This document shows, in pieces, positions 27,188 through 37,183 of a stretch of 64,000 nucleotides of DNA. The stretch spans positions 256,001 to 320,000 of the forward strand of contig JAJYUZ010000003.1 in assembly GCA_021792255.1 (NCBI GenBank), in the 5' to 3' direction. Under the pieces are notes generated by a model that saw only the letters and a program-made list of their open reading frames with translations, was not told where the DNA came from and ran no database searches. Both the position numbers and the translations under genes were made by a program. The stretch is from Thermoplasmata archaeon. GTDB taxonomy: Archaea; Thermoplasmatota; Thermoplasmata; Thermoplasmatales; GCA-001856825. Position 1 is the stretch's first letter, and every line of letters starts with the position of its first letter.

Positions 27188-27394
27188 ATGGTGACCGAAG
27201 GAAAGGAGAACGAGAGTGACTTAGAGAAGGAGCTCGAGGAGTTCCTAAAATCAGAAGAGCTGGATGAATATGACAAAATTCCAGTTGAAAGAGTGAAGCT
27301 CAGCAGAGGTGTTAAGGCAGTGTTTTGGTTTCTGAGGATATACATCGCTTTGATGGTTGTCCTTGTTGTCATAGGCTTCTCCCATGTGATATAA
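27188..27394 (+). CDS. Small single-TM partner of the NRAMP transporter
   Basis: GGAGG SD; acidic N-terminus then FWFLRIYIALMVVLVVIGF. Confidence 0.7.
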   Translation: MVTEGKENESDLEKELEEFLKSEELDEYDKIPVERVKLSRGVKAVFWFLRIYIALMVVLVVIGFSHVI

Positions 27395-28141
27395 GTTCGA
27401 TATTGTACATAGAAGCATGACCTTGCACTTAGAAAAGTTGAATGGCTCGTTAGAGAGGGTGACGGTATAACTTGGACGAAGATAATTAAATAAAGCCTAA
27501 CTTTGATGTTCTCATTAAGTTGGAGTGACATGAGCTATAGATTTTAGCAATGTAAAAAATTCCAGATTTATTATTCTCTTCCTCGAATTGAATGTGGTGA
27601 AGAAAACTGAGGTTTCAGTTTTATGAAACTGTTATGACTATGTATGGAATAATATCTGCTTAAAATAAGTGAGGAAAAATTAAGGTTGAAAAGGGCAATG
27701 AGGAAGGAGAAGAAACGTCAGGAGACTCTTGTTAATTTATCTCGCAGTTTGCCTTAATCTGTGTTAAACAATAGATACTATGTATCAATTTAAACAGACA
27801 AGATACTGGAATGCAAATATCTAAAACCTTAACTCGCGATGATTTAGGTGATATGTTGAGGTCCAGTAATTGTATAATGTCTTCGACTCACTTGGATATT
27901 TCCAGAAACCCGGTAGTTCCGACAGAGTATCTCACCGGATATACCCTCGACAGCTGCAGCAACACATCATTAACGGATTGCTTAAAACCTTATCAGTGAG
28001 TGTGTTCTGTAGCGCTGGTACAGGAGATAAAAGTAACGACGAAATAATCCCTTATGAATCCCGGTTATTTTTAGTCCAATCCTTTTAGATTTGTATTCTA
28101 GTACTTCGCCACATCGGAAAACAATGCTTCCTCATGACAAA

Positions 28142-28214
28142 TAGCCCCGGGCAGATTCGAACTGCCGTCGTCGGATTCAAAGTCCGAAATGCTTGTCCAC
28201 TACACCACGGGGCT
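28142..28214 (-). tRNA. tRNA-Gln(UUG)
   Basis: AGCCCCG/CGGGGCT acceptor; TCGGA-CTTTGAA-TCCGA anticodon arm; GTTCGAATC T-loop. Confidence 0.95.
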
Positions 28215-28245
28215 TCGAACACTCTATTTCAAATGAAATAAAAAT

Positions 28246-29490
28246 TTATCCCGATTTGTAACTCAGGAATTCCTTCCCCAGCAGCTCTCTCGCGATTATG
28301 AGTTTCATTATGTTTGTTCCTCCTTCGGCCCCTACGTAATATGACATCACTCCGCCCTGCGCAGCCCCCAGAGGAAGATCCTTCGTATAGGCTAGGGCAC
28401 CATGCCACACCATGATCTTTGTTACTATCTCGTGTGCGGTTGGAGGTGCTGTCATTTTAGCGAGTGAGATTGCTAAGTTCTGCTCGGTCAGCGGCACTTT
28501 TTCTTTGCTTCTATATACTCTATCAAGTATCCAGGCTGCTTTCTGAGTGAGAAGTCTTGAAGACTCTAACTTACCGTACATTTCAGCAAGCTCGAATTGC
28601 AATCCTTCCTGTTTTCCAAGGGGCTGATTGAACAGAATCCTGTTCTTGAGATGCTCCCTCCCCATAGATATTGCTTCGAGTGCTGCACCGTTGCACGCGG
28701 CAGCGACGTATATTCTTGCGATGTTGAACCCTTCCATTATTATGTGAAATCCTTGACCAATTTCCCCGACTCTGTATTTGTCTTCTAACTCGAGGTCATT
28801 GAAAGAAAACCCTCCCATGGATAGACCCTCCCTCGCAATATCTCTGAAGAGTGTAGTCGATACCATGTCATTCCTGCTACCATCCGTCTTCTTGATCATA
28901 AGTGCAAAAGTCGTGAATGCTTTCGGACCAAGACTCTTTTCTCCTGTCCTGAGCAAGGTAAGAAAGCCTCCACCTCCAGGCAAGGATGTCGCTTCCCTCA
29001 CTCCACTAATATAGACCTTTTCTCCTGAGGCTGACCAGATCTTTCCTTTCTTTACTGCGTTCGATTTCTCATTCATAACGTCCGATCCACCAGAAGACTC
29101 TGTGGATCCGATTCCAAGAAATGTTCTCCCTTTCACGATCGATGGGAGTATCTCTTGCTTTGCCTCTTCGCTCCCGTATTTTTCAAGCATTGCGGGCCAT
29201 CCGTTCAGTAGCAGAATGTATACAGGTAGAGCCATTGATACGTCCCCTCTAGCTAGCTCTTCTACTATTGCCGACATCTGCTGTATGGACCCACCAGCCC
29301 CACCATATTTCTCAGATACCGTGAATCCAATGAATCCTGCATCGGCAGCCCTCTGGATTAAATCTTCAGGAATCGAGGAGGCATAGGAAATCTTGTCTCT
29401 CCTAGGAATTATGTACTTTTGAACAAACTCTCTTGCGTTCTCTCTTACAAGTTCATCCTCTTCTGTGTTACTGAAGTCCATTACAATCAA
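28246..29490 (-). CDS. Acyl-CoA dehydrogenase
   Basis: STESSGGSD, GEKVYISG, R.LFNQPL, WHGALAY, AEG. Confidence 0.88.
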   Translation of the reverse strand: MIVMDFSNTEEDELVRENAREFVQKYIIPRRDKISYASSIPEDLIQRAADAGFIGFTVSEKYGGAGGSIQQMSAIVEELARGDVSMALPVYILLLNGWPAMLEKYGSEEAKQEILPSIVKGRTFLGIGSTESSGGSDVMNEKSNAVKKGKIWSASGEKVYISGVREATSLPGGGGFLTLLRTGEKSLGPKAFTTFALMIKKTDGSRNDMVSTTLFRDIAREGLSMGGFSFNDLELEDKYRVGEIGQGFHIIMEGFNIARIYVAAACNGAALEAISMGREHLKNRILFNQPLGKQEGLQFELAEMYGKLESSRLLTQKAAWILDRVYRSKEKVPLTEQNLAISLAKMTAPPTAHEIVTKIMVWHGALAYTKDLPLGAAQGGVMSYYVGAEGGTNIMKLIIARELLGKEFLSYKSG

Positions 29491-29731
29491 GTAGTGATAG
29501 TTTCTAAATATTTTAATCCTTGACTCCTCAATATTTATGTAATATATCCAGATCTAGCCTCATTTCGGATCTATAGCGTACACATACGTAATAGACATAG
29601 GAATTCTATCACCAGACATGGTGATAGGTCATCGCGAATAGCGAAGTTCCAGGACAGAGACTGGAAAATGGGAGGCCTATTCTGTAAAAATCAAGAAGTT
29701 AAGGTTTAATGGGTAAGCGTTCTATGATCTT

Positions 29732-30169
29732 CTAGATGGCCCGCTTGTTTACCAAGATCTTTTGACTTATCGCCATCACATTCACATTATCTTGGTTGTC
29801 TACTTCTATCATCAACTCCACCAGTCCATTTTTTTCCTTAGATTTCTTATTTTTCACAATGACGCGGCAAGTGAGTGTATCGCCTATTCTCACTGGCTTC
29901 TTTGCTTCAAATTGCAAACCAGCCATTGCAACAAAACCATCGTCAAATGGTCGGTTTGGAAGTTGATAAGAAAGACCAATAGCGATTGATGCCGTAAGCA
30001 TACCTGAGACAATTCTCCCTCTGAACCTAGTTCCTTCTGCATAGTTCTGATCGATGAAAAGGGGATTATAAGCTCCAGTCAAAGTAGAAAACAAGACACT
30101 ATCAGTCTCTGTAACTGTCCTTCCTTTCGTTTGAAAAGAGTCACCCAAATTAAATTCCTCAAAGTACAT
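29732..30169 (-). CDS. MaoC-like (hotdog) dehydratase
   Basis: YFEEF.LG...GRTVTETD...TGAYNPL...F.GRI..G; PVRIGDTL. Start at ATG 30169. Confidence 0.85.
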   Translation of the reverse strand: MYFEEFNLGDSFQTKGRTVTETDSVLFSTLTGAYNPLFIDQNYAEGTRFRGRIVSGMLTASIAIGLSYQLPNRPFDDGFVAMAGLQFEAKKPVRIGDTLTCRVIVKNKKSKEKNGLVELMIEVDNQDNVNVMAISQKILVNKRAI

Positions 30170-30366
30170 ATATTTTCGTGACTTTATAATTTTATATCCC
30201 TTAAACCTTTCTGATTTAAGTGAATCCGTCAATTGATTCGAAACGAGTACCTGTTTGACTTGGCTATTGCAAATCAAAGATTAGTCATTTAAGTTGAGGA
30301 TTACTCTTTGCGTCATGACTAATGAACCCTTCGAAGTCAATCCGTGCCAAAGATATGATGACTCAC

Positions 30367-31365
30367 TTAGTTTGTGGGGTAGCAGTTGATATTTTCTCCT
30401 GAATCGTCTACCATTATTTTGGCATCGTCTCTCAAAAAGATTATGTAAGAAAGCACTTCTCTCAAGGCAAGTACTTTGATGTGGGGAGAAAGTCCATTCC
30501 AAGGTCCAGAGCCCCAGCGAATATTGGCAGCAATTTTCTGAGGATTTGATACCCCGTTCTGAACCAGATGCTCAACCTCTGAAACTCTCTTCTCATGGTG
30601 CGCCATTATACCCTCTAACCTTTTCCGAGGTTCCGCAAAAGGAAGTTCATGCCCAGGAAGCGCGATTGATACGTCAAGTTCTTCGGCGAGGGCAAGAGAG
30701 GAAAAATAGTCCTTCAATGGGTTATGCCCTGAATAATATGGCCCAATGTTTGAATTTATTCTTGGCAACATAAAGTCTCCGGTTAGCAATGTTGTATCCT
30801 CTGGAATATACAGAGAGATGCTTCCAGGAGTATGGCCAGGCGTGAAGACGACTTTAAGAGAGATTTCGTCTACTAGAAAGGATTCCCCTCCTTTTAAGGG
30901 GTCAAAGCCTGAAATATCGATTCCATCATACGCACTGATTTTGTTCCTTTTTTCGAATCCATCGACCTCCTCAGGAGAGAGACCTGATTTGAGCAGAATT
31001 GAAGACAACCAGTCTACATACTTCATGTGGTTTTCCAGAACTTCCAATTCTTTCTTACTAAGATAAATACTGATCCCGAACTCACTTTTTAAATCCAAAG
31101 CTAAACCTAAGTGATCTTGGTGGTAGTGAGTGACAATGATTCCATTCAAATTTTGTATGGAATATCCTACTGAATCTAGCGCTCTTTTAAAGTTCAAAGA
31201 GTTAAATTCGTCGAGCCAGCCTGAATCTACGAGGAAGAAGCCCCTTTTGTTTCCAATAACATAGCAATTGCTGAATTTTACACTTCTTCCATTCGGTACT
31301 GGCACGCGTATTAAACTTATTCGACTCGATAGTTTCTCAGGTTGGAAATACTTGGCCCCTGGCAT
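30367..31365 (-). CDS. Metallo-beta-lactamase-fold hydrolase
   Basis: THYHQDH, TPGHTPG, TGD, LPGH. Confidence 0.88.
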   Translation of the reverse strand: MPGAKYFQPEKLSSRISLIRVPVPNGRSVKFSNCYVIGNKRGFFLVDSGWLDEFNSLNFKRALDSVGYSIQNLNGIIVTHYHQDHLGLALDLKSEFGISIYLSKKELEVLENHMKYVDWLSSILLKSGLSPEEVDGFEKRNKISAYDGIDISGFDPLKGGESFLVDEISLKVVFTPGHTPGSISLYIPEDTTLLTGDFMLPRINSNIGPYYSGHNPLKDYFSSLALAEELDVSIALPGHELPFAEPRKRLEGIMAHHEKRVSEVEHLVQNGVSNPQKIAANIRWGSGPWNGLSPHIKVLALREVLSYIIFLRDDAKIMVDDSGENINCYPTN

Positions 31366-31425
31366 TTTTACTCCGCAGCTAAGAGTGTCAACTATAGAAT
31401 AATCTGCCCTTCCGCAGTATTAATT

Positions 31426-32643
31426 CTAAATTACTCCCTCCTTACGCAATGAATCTAGCTGAACCTTGTCCTTTCCAAGTAATTCAGACAGTACGGCATC
31501 TGTATGTTCCCCCATCATAGGTGGAGGCAGATGAATTGAGCACTTCGACTCACTGAATTTAAACGGAATTCCCAAGAGTTTTAAAGATCCTATAGTTGGA
31601 TGTTTCACACTAGTTATCATTTCATTTGCCGCCAGCTGACTATCATTAAAAGCATCTTTGAGTGTTTTGACGGGTGCACAAGGGATATCGTTGCTTTCAA
31701 GAATCGCCAGCCACTCATCAGTAGTCTTTCTTTTAGTGACTTCGGAAATAATTCTTATCAGTTCTTCCCTGTTTACTACTCGGTTCTCGTTACTCTTGAA
31801 CCTGTCATCGTCTGCGATGCCCTCAAGTTCCAAAGTCGTACATATTCGTCTGAATAAGCTGTTTGTACCCCCTGCTATTACTATATAGCCATCCTTGCTT
31901 GGAAAAGCCTGATATGGTACAATCTGAGGATGACCTGAACCAAAGGGCTCAAAATCAACTCCACCATCAATGACTGGTACAGAATAATTGATTAGGAGGC
32001 TCATTGTAGCATCGAGAAGAGACGTGTCGACCTCTTGGCCAACGCCGGTCCTTTCTCTGTAAAATAGTGCTGAGACAATCGATGTCACACAGTAAACTGC
32101 TGTGCCAAGATCAGCAATTGAGGCACCTGGACGTACGGGTGGAGAACCTTTGTAGCCAGTAATGGACATTACACCTGACCTTGCTTGAACCGCTACATCC
32201 ATCCCCGCTTTGTCCGACATAGAACCGGATTGCCCGTACGCCGATATTGAGGCGTAAATTATCTTGGGGTTGACTGCCTTGATATGTTCGTAATCCAGCC
32301 CCAAACTGGTCATCACTCCAGGCCTGAAGTTTTGGACTACAATATCTGCCTTTTTCGTAAGTTCAAGTGCTATTTCTTTACCTTTTGGGTTCTTTAAATC
32401 TACTGTTATTGCCTTCTTGTTCCTGTTGATGGATAAAAAATAATCTCCTCCAACTTCTGGTATTCCACCTTTGAGGTTCGGGGTTACGTTCATATACCTA
32501 CTGGCATCCCCCCTGCCTGGCTTTTCTATTTTTATGACTTCACAGCCGAGATCGCCTAGTATTGTCGTAGCATATGGTCCCGCCACACCGTGTGTAAAGT
32601 CCACGACCATCAGGCCACTCAGCGGACCAGTCATCATTCCCAC
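31426..32643 (-). CDS. Family III CoA-transferase (CaiB/BaiF)
   Basis: AGPY...LGDLG.EVIKIE.P..GD..R, NRNKK, QNFRPG, IADLG. Confidence 0.92.
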   Translation of the reverse strand: MGMMTGPLSGLMVVDFTHGVAGPYATTILGDLGCEVIKIEKPGRGDASRYMNVTPNLKGGIPEVGGDYFLSINRNKKAITVDLKNPKGKEIALELTKKADIVVQNFRPGVMTSLGLDYEHIKAVNPKIIYASISAYGQSGSMSDKAGMDVAVQARSGVMSITGYKGSPPVRPGASIADLGTAVYCVTSIVSALFYRERTGVGQEVDTSLLDATMSLLINYSVPVIDGGVDFEPFGSGHPQIVPYQAFPSKDGYIVIAGGTNSLFRRICTTLELEGIADDDRFKSNENRVVNREELIRIISEVTKRKTTDEWLAILESNDIPCAPVKTLKDAFNDSQLAANEMITSVKHPTIGSLKLLGIPFKFSESKCSIHLPPPMMGEHTDAVLSELLGKDKVQLDSLRKEGVI

Positions 32644-33797
32644 CTTGCGATTGCTGGCCAGGGATTCGTGCTGGTATCCTTGGAGGGTAACTTTACCTCT
32701 GCAGTTGCGTGGGATATCTCTTCCCCGCGTTGATTGATGATCTTCAGATCAATCGATACCAGAGCATCACCTTTCGTTACTGTCTTTCCAGTCACTGTGC
32801 CGGATACGTGAGAAAGGTCGCCCACAAGATTCGGAGAATAATTTTTTGCGCTAAGTTTTGTGACAAATCCATTATCACCAACCCAGTTTGTCAGGCAGTG
32901 GCTGAACCAGTTGACCCTCATCCAGCCCTGATCATAAATACCTGGCATTCCGATCTCTGACGCGATTTCCGGATCCATATGCCCTGCTGCTGGATGGACC
33001 GGATAGCCTCTAGTGGGTGAATAATAAACATTATCAGGATGTCTGCGTCTTTCTTCGAAGGCTATCTTCAGAACATTGTAAACTGATCTTCTGCCTGCAT
33101 AGAATCCCACGATATCAACAATAGTCAAAGGGCCCTTGATGATAGATGGCAGTTGATCGCCGACATTAATTTCTTCCCAGTACAGAGTGCTTGATCCCCT
33201 GCGGAACTCGTTCAAATACTCCCTATCTATTTCAGAGATTTCCTCTCTGGAATACTTGTGGATTTCCTTCTTGGCATCGTAACCACGCATTCCTCCACCG
33301 CTTCTGGACCTTGGGACTCTCAGGGTTTCTGGGTAGTTCCGCGCAACGATGTGGTTGTGCTGGTTTACGTATATTACCTCTCCCTTCTGGTCAAAAAAAC
33401 GCGGGACATGCCTTCCTTTCTTCTCAATTAGGTCTATGAGACGTGCTCTTGCAACAATAGTATCTCCCGGTTTGATTACGTCATAAAATTCCCAGTTGTC
33501 TCCACCGTGGATCCATTGGACTCCTGGGAAACCGGGACCGACTATTGTGCTATCAATAGTGTAAGGGAACGTTGGAGGAGCAATGACGCTGCCCCAGATC
33601 GTTTTCTTTCCATAATCTACGTCACTGAAAAGGGGATTGTCGTCACCCATGCTGTAAACTGCCCATCTTCTTATATCGTGCAGGCTGATCTGTTCATAAG
33701 TTGCAGGCCAGTGAACGTCCCTACGCAACCATACTCCAATTAACTTTCTTGCCTTCTCTATCATCTCTTCATTTATTTCCGGACTATGTTCAACCAT
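32634..33797 (-). CDS. Double-hotdog MaoC/FAS1-like acyl-CoA (de)hydratase
   Basis: DIRRWA..MGDDNPL...IAPPTF; second domain YWEEINVGDQLP...GHMD..A...G. Confidence 0.82.
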   Translation of the reverse strand: MVEHSPEINEEMIEKARKLIGVWLRRDVHWPATYEQISLHDIRRWAVYSMGDDNPLFSDVDYGKKTIWGSVIAPPTFPYTIDSTIVGPGFPGVQWIHGGDNWEFYDVIKPGDTIVARARLIDLIEKKGRHVPRFFDQKGEVIYVNQHNHIVARNYPETLRVPRSRSGGGMRGYDAKKEIHKYSREEISEIDREYLNEFRRGSSTLYWEEINVGDQLPSIIKGPLTIVDIVGFYAGRRSVYNVLKIAFEERRRHPDNVYYSPTRGYPVHPAAGHMDPEIASEIGMPGIYDQGWMRVNWFSHCLTNWVGDNGFVTKLSAKNYSPNLVGDLSHVSGTVTGKTVTKGDALVSIDLKIINQRGEEISHATAEVKLPSKDTSTNPWPAIARWE

Positions 33798-33799
33798 TT

Positions 33800-35818
33800 T
33801 TATATCTCCTCCACTACTACATCGACTGCAACCGGCTCTCCACCATCGTAAGGTATTATGAGCGGGTTGATTTCTATTTCCTTTATTTTCTCATTGTTTA
33901 TATATAAATATTGAAATTTCATTATATAATCAACAAACTTCTCCTTGTTTGGCTTTGCATTTCCCCGTTTGTTGTCTAAGAGTTTTCCAATGTAAGACTC
34001 TCTTAGCATAGCATGAACCTCGCTGCGGTTAACCGGAACTATTCTGACGCTTACGCTCTTGAAAACTTCTGTAAGTGTACCTCCCACGCCTAAAGTCAAC
34101 ATAGGGCCAAAATTGACATCATTTCTTATGTTCGCTATTGCCTCGACGCCAGTTATCATTTTCTGGACGATGACTCTGCTCTGGTTCAGGCCTTTTAACC
34201 TTTCAACTGCATCTTTCAGTTCCCGGACATCTCTTATGTTTGTTACAACTCCTCCTATATCAGTCTTGTGAACATTCTCTGACGGGGCCAATTTGGCCAC
34301 AACTGGAAAGGATACGTCTGTTGAACTCAAATCTATGGGAGTCTGGAAATTGAGCCTGTTGTGCAAAAACAGATTCAGCACCCTATCAAATTGAAGCCTG
34401 TGAGACTCGCTTGCCCTTGATTGTATGTAAGGGCATTCCTCTAGAGTCTTTGGTTTGCGAAGAGCCCTGAGAACTATGGCTGAATCTGCTGGATCATCAG
34501 TCACTATAACCTTGTTTCTCAGAAGTGCTGACTTTTCAGAATCTTCAATTTTACCAGAAATTAGGGTGAGAATAATGGGTTTCCCATTCCTGGCAAGTTC
34601 GACCAGCTTCTCCCTGTACTCCCTTATGTATTCCACGCCCCTGTTGCCAAAGACGTTAACAGAGGAGCCAACGTTCTTTTCGCTCAGAACTATATCATTC
34701 AGTGTGGGAATAAGATCCTTAATGGTTAATTCACTTGCAACAGGGTCTATTGGGTTGTTTATACCTGCGAATGACGGGAGAATAGCAGAGAGTTTTGCCC
34801 TTGTGTCTGAACTGAACTGAGGTATGTTGATGTCATATTTCGCTAAGTTGTCAATAAACGTCAGGCGACCTCCACCTGACATACCAATTATTGCGGGCCC
34901 CTTTTCCTGATTACTATCGTTGAATGCCAGCACTCCCATCAGCAGCTCAAGTTCACGCAGTGTGTATGCCTGTATGATTCCAAGCTGCTCAAACGCCCCC
35001 TCATAGGCAACAGAATCAGTAATCATCTTGCCGGTATGTGACAGAGCCACTTCTTTACCGGCTGCTGTAGTTCCGCCGTGCAATGCAACCAATGATATGT
35101 GCCTGTCTTGAGCTTTTTTTGAGAGGTTAACCAGTCTGTTGCCAGAATTGAAGCCTTCAACAAACATGCCAATGACTTTAACTTTCGAATTTTCCACAAG
35201 CCATTCTGCAACATCTATTATGTCGACATTCGTTTCATTACCGACGCTGACCATGTATGAAAGGCCGATTCCCGACTCCTGAAATCTCCTGGCGATGGCT
35301 CCTCCGATGCTACCGCTTTGGGATACAAAGGCTAACGGGGCCTTGACTTTGGGGGCATCCCCTCTTGCAGCAGAACCAAAGGATATTATCATGTCATCCT
35401 CAAGGTTCCAGAAACCTTCGGAATTAGGGCCAATAGCCCTTATTCCGTTCTGATTCATAATTTCCTTCAATTTCTCCTCAAGTTCTGCGCCCTCTTTGTC
35501 AGTTTCTTTAAACCCTCCTGTAGAAATCACCAGTTTCTTGATTTTCAATCTCGCTGCTTCCTTTACCACATCTAAAACATAATCCCGTGAAATAAGGATA
35601 TAGACCATATCCGGTACCTCTGGTATTGATGAAAGATCTGGAAAGCATGCAATCCCGTCAATCTCGCTGTATCGTGGATTAACTGGATAAATTGACCCTT
35701 TGAATCCAGAACTTGTAAGGTTGACCAGTGCATTATGGCCCAACCTGTTGGTCTTAGACGCACCGACTATCGCCACCGATTTAGCCTTGAAAAAACCTTT
35801 GGGTAGACTTGATCCCAC
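33800..35818 (-). CDS. ADP-forming acyl-CoA synthetase (fused alpha-beta)
   Basis: SVAIVGAS, GPNS.G, SQSG, SHTG phospho-His, HKTDIGGV, EIEINPL. Confidence 0.9.
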   Translation of the reverse strand: MGSSLPKGFFKAKSVAIVGASKTNRLGHNALVNLTSSGFKGSIYPVNPRYSEIDGIACFPDLSSIPEVPDMVYILISRDYVLDVVKEAARLKIKKLVISTGGFKETDKEGAELEEKLKEIMNQNGIRAIGPNSEGFWNLEDDMIISFGSAARGDAPKVKAPLAFVSQSGSIGGAIARRFQESGIGLSYMVSVGNETNVDIIDVAEWLVENSKVKVIGMFVEGFNSGNRLVNLSKKAQDRHISLVALHGGTTAAGKEVALSHTGKMITDSVAYEGAFEQLGIIQAYTLRELELLMGVLAFNDSNQEKGPAIIGMSGGGRLTFIDNLAKYDINIPQFSSDTRAKLSAILPSFAGINNPIDPVASELTIKDLIPTLNDIVLSEKNVGSSVNVFGNRGVEYIREYREKLVELARNGKPIILTLISGKIEDSEKSALLRNKVIVTDDPADSAIVLRALRKPKTLEECPYIQSRASESHRLQFDRVLNLFLHNRLNFQTPIDLSSTDVSFPVVAKLAPSENVHKTDIGGVVTNIRDVRELKDAVERLKGLNQSRVIVQKMITGVEAIANIRNDVNFGPMLTLGVGGTLTEVFKSVSVRIVPVNRSEVHAMLRESYIGKLLDNKRGNAKPNKEKFVDYIMKFQYLYINNEKIKEIEINPLIIPYDGGEPVAVDVVVEEI

Positions 35819-35832
35819 GAATCATCCACCCT

Positions 35833-37179
35833 TCAATTCAGTATTCCTGGCAGAGTCTCTAGCTTCTCGAGCCTCCATAACTTAGCCAGCAATCCCTTGA
35901 TCTCGTCTTCCCCGGCAAATCTCCTCCCGAGTTGCATGAATTTAGTCTCCAGAACATCCTTGGTGAACGGCCTGCGAGGGTCCCCGGTCGGGACGTCCAG
36001 GTGTTCTGAATATATCCTCTCATCTTTTGTTGAAACCTTAACTGTAGACTGTGTCAGATCTGGATAGTTGGAACTGAAATCCCTGTTCTCGGTCGCTTTT
36101 ACCTTTGGCAGGAACTCCTTTACTCTCTTGTCGTTCCACTGTTCGTGCTCAAAGGATTCTGCAGTAAGATTCCCATTGAGGAATGACATCGTTATGCAGT
36201 AGGGGAGACTGTGGTCTGCGGTCTCTCTGGTAGTCGGTGACCACCGTGACTCATCTCCTGCTGCAGTCTTGATGGCTCTTGAAAATGTTTCAACCTCAAT
36301 ACTGCCTATTGATCTGTAATCCTCAATCTTTTCCTGAATCTTCAAAGCAGCTTCAATCGTGGTCTGCATAAAGTACTGTGCAGGGTATCGCTTGAGCCGA
36401 GTCTGAGTTATCCTAGTAAAGACACTACTATCCAGATTGAAGGCAGAAAAGTCAGGAGACAGGACGTTGATTATTCCAAATTTGCCTTCGAATATTTCCT
36501 TCGGACCCGTAATTCCGTGTTTTGCAAGATATGCTGAGTATACCCCACTCTTGCACGCGTAGCCTGCCGCAAGCCCTTTCCACATGGAAAGTTGTCCTAT
36601 TCTTGTCTGGAATAGTGAAATGGTCGAGGAGCCTGCTATCCTTATTGCCTCCACGATTTTTTCATATGGAAGGTCTAGGAGCAAGCTTGCCATAACGCTG
36701 GAAGAAATTGCACCGTAAAGGAGGTTGTCAAATCCCCTGTCGTCTAAGGCCCCAGAATCCGTCAACATACAGTTGATTTCGTATCCTACGCATAATGCAT
36801 TCAAAAACTCCTGTCCACTTTTTCCTGTTGATTCCGCAACCGCCCAAGCTCCCGGTAGATTGTCACTCGGATGACACGCCTGGTACTTGCCTAGGTAAAT
36901 GTCATTGTAGTCAAGATACCTTGCAGCTGCACTATTCACAAAGGACACGTTATCTGGTGACATTGTTTGGTTGGTGCCCCAGACATGCGCTGAAACCCCT
37001 TTTGAACCGAATGAGTTACCCATTTCCTTGAGCAGCTTGACGGGGGTAGAGTCGAGTGCCCCCAGTGCGCAACCGATAGTGTCGATTACCTTCTGCTTCG
37101 CCTGCTCAACTGTTTCGCTACTTTTCCGAGCATTTCTTGATGAGTCTGCATACTCGGCTATCTTCTCCTCACTTAGCAT
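35833..37179 (-). CDS. MmgE/PrpD family protein
   Basis: RYLDYND, HPSDN, LSMWKG, RETADHSLPY. Confidence 0.9.
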   Translation of the reverse strand: MLSEEKIAEYADSSRNARKSSETVEQAKQKVIDTIGCALGALDSTPVKLLKEMGNSFGSKGVSAHVWGTNQTMSPDNVSFVNSAAARYLDYNDIYLGKYQACHPSDNLPGAWAVAESTGKSGQEFLNALCVGYEINCMLTDSGALDDRGFDNLLYGAISSSVMASLLLDLPYEKIVEAIRIAGSSTISLFQTRIGQLSMWKGLAAGYACKSGVYSAYLAKHGITGPKEIFEGKFGIINVLSPDFSAFNLDSSVFTRITQTRLKRYPAQYFMQTTIEAALKIQEKIEDYRSIGSIEVETFSRAIKTAAGDESRWSPTTRETADHSLPYCITMSFLNGNLTAESFEHEQWNDKRVKEFLPKVKATENRDFSSNYPDLTQSTVKVSTKDERIYSEHLDVPTGDPRRPFTKDVLETKFMQLGRRFAGEDEIKGLLAKLWRLEKLETLPGILN

Positions 37180-37183
37180 TAGT

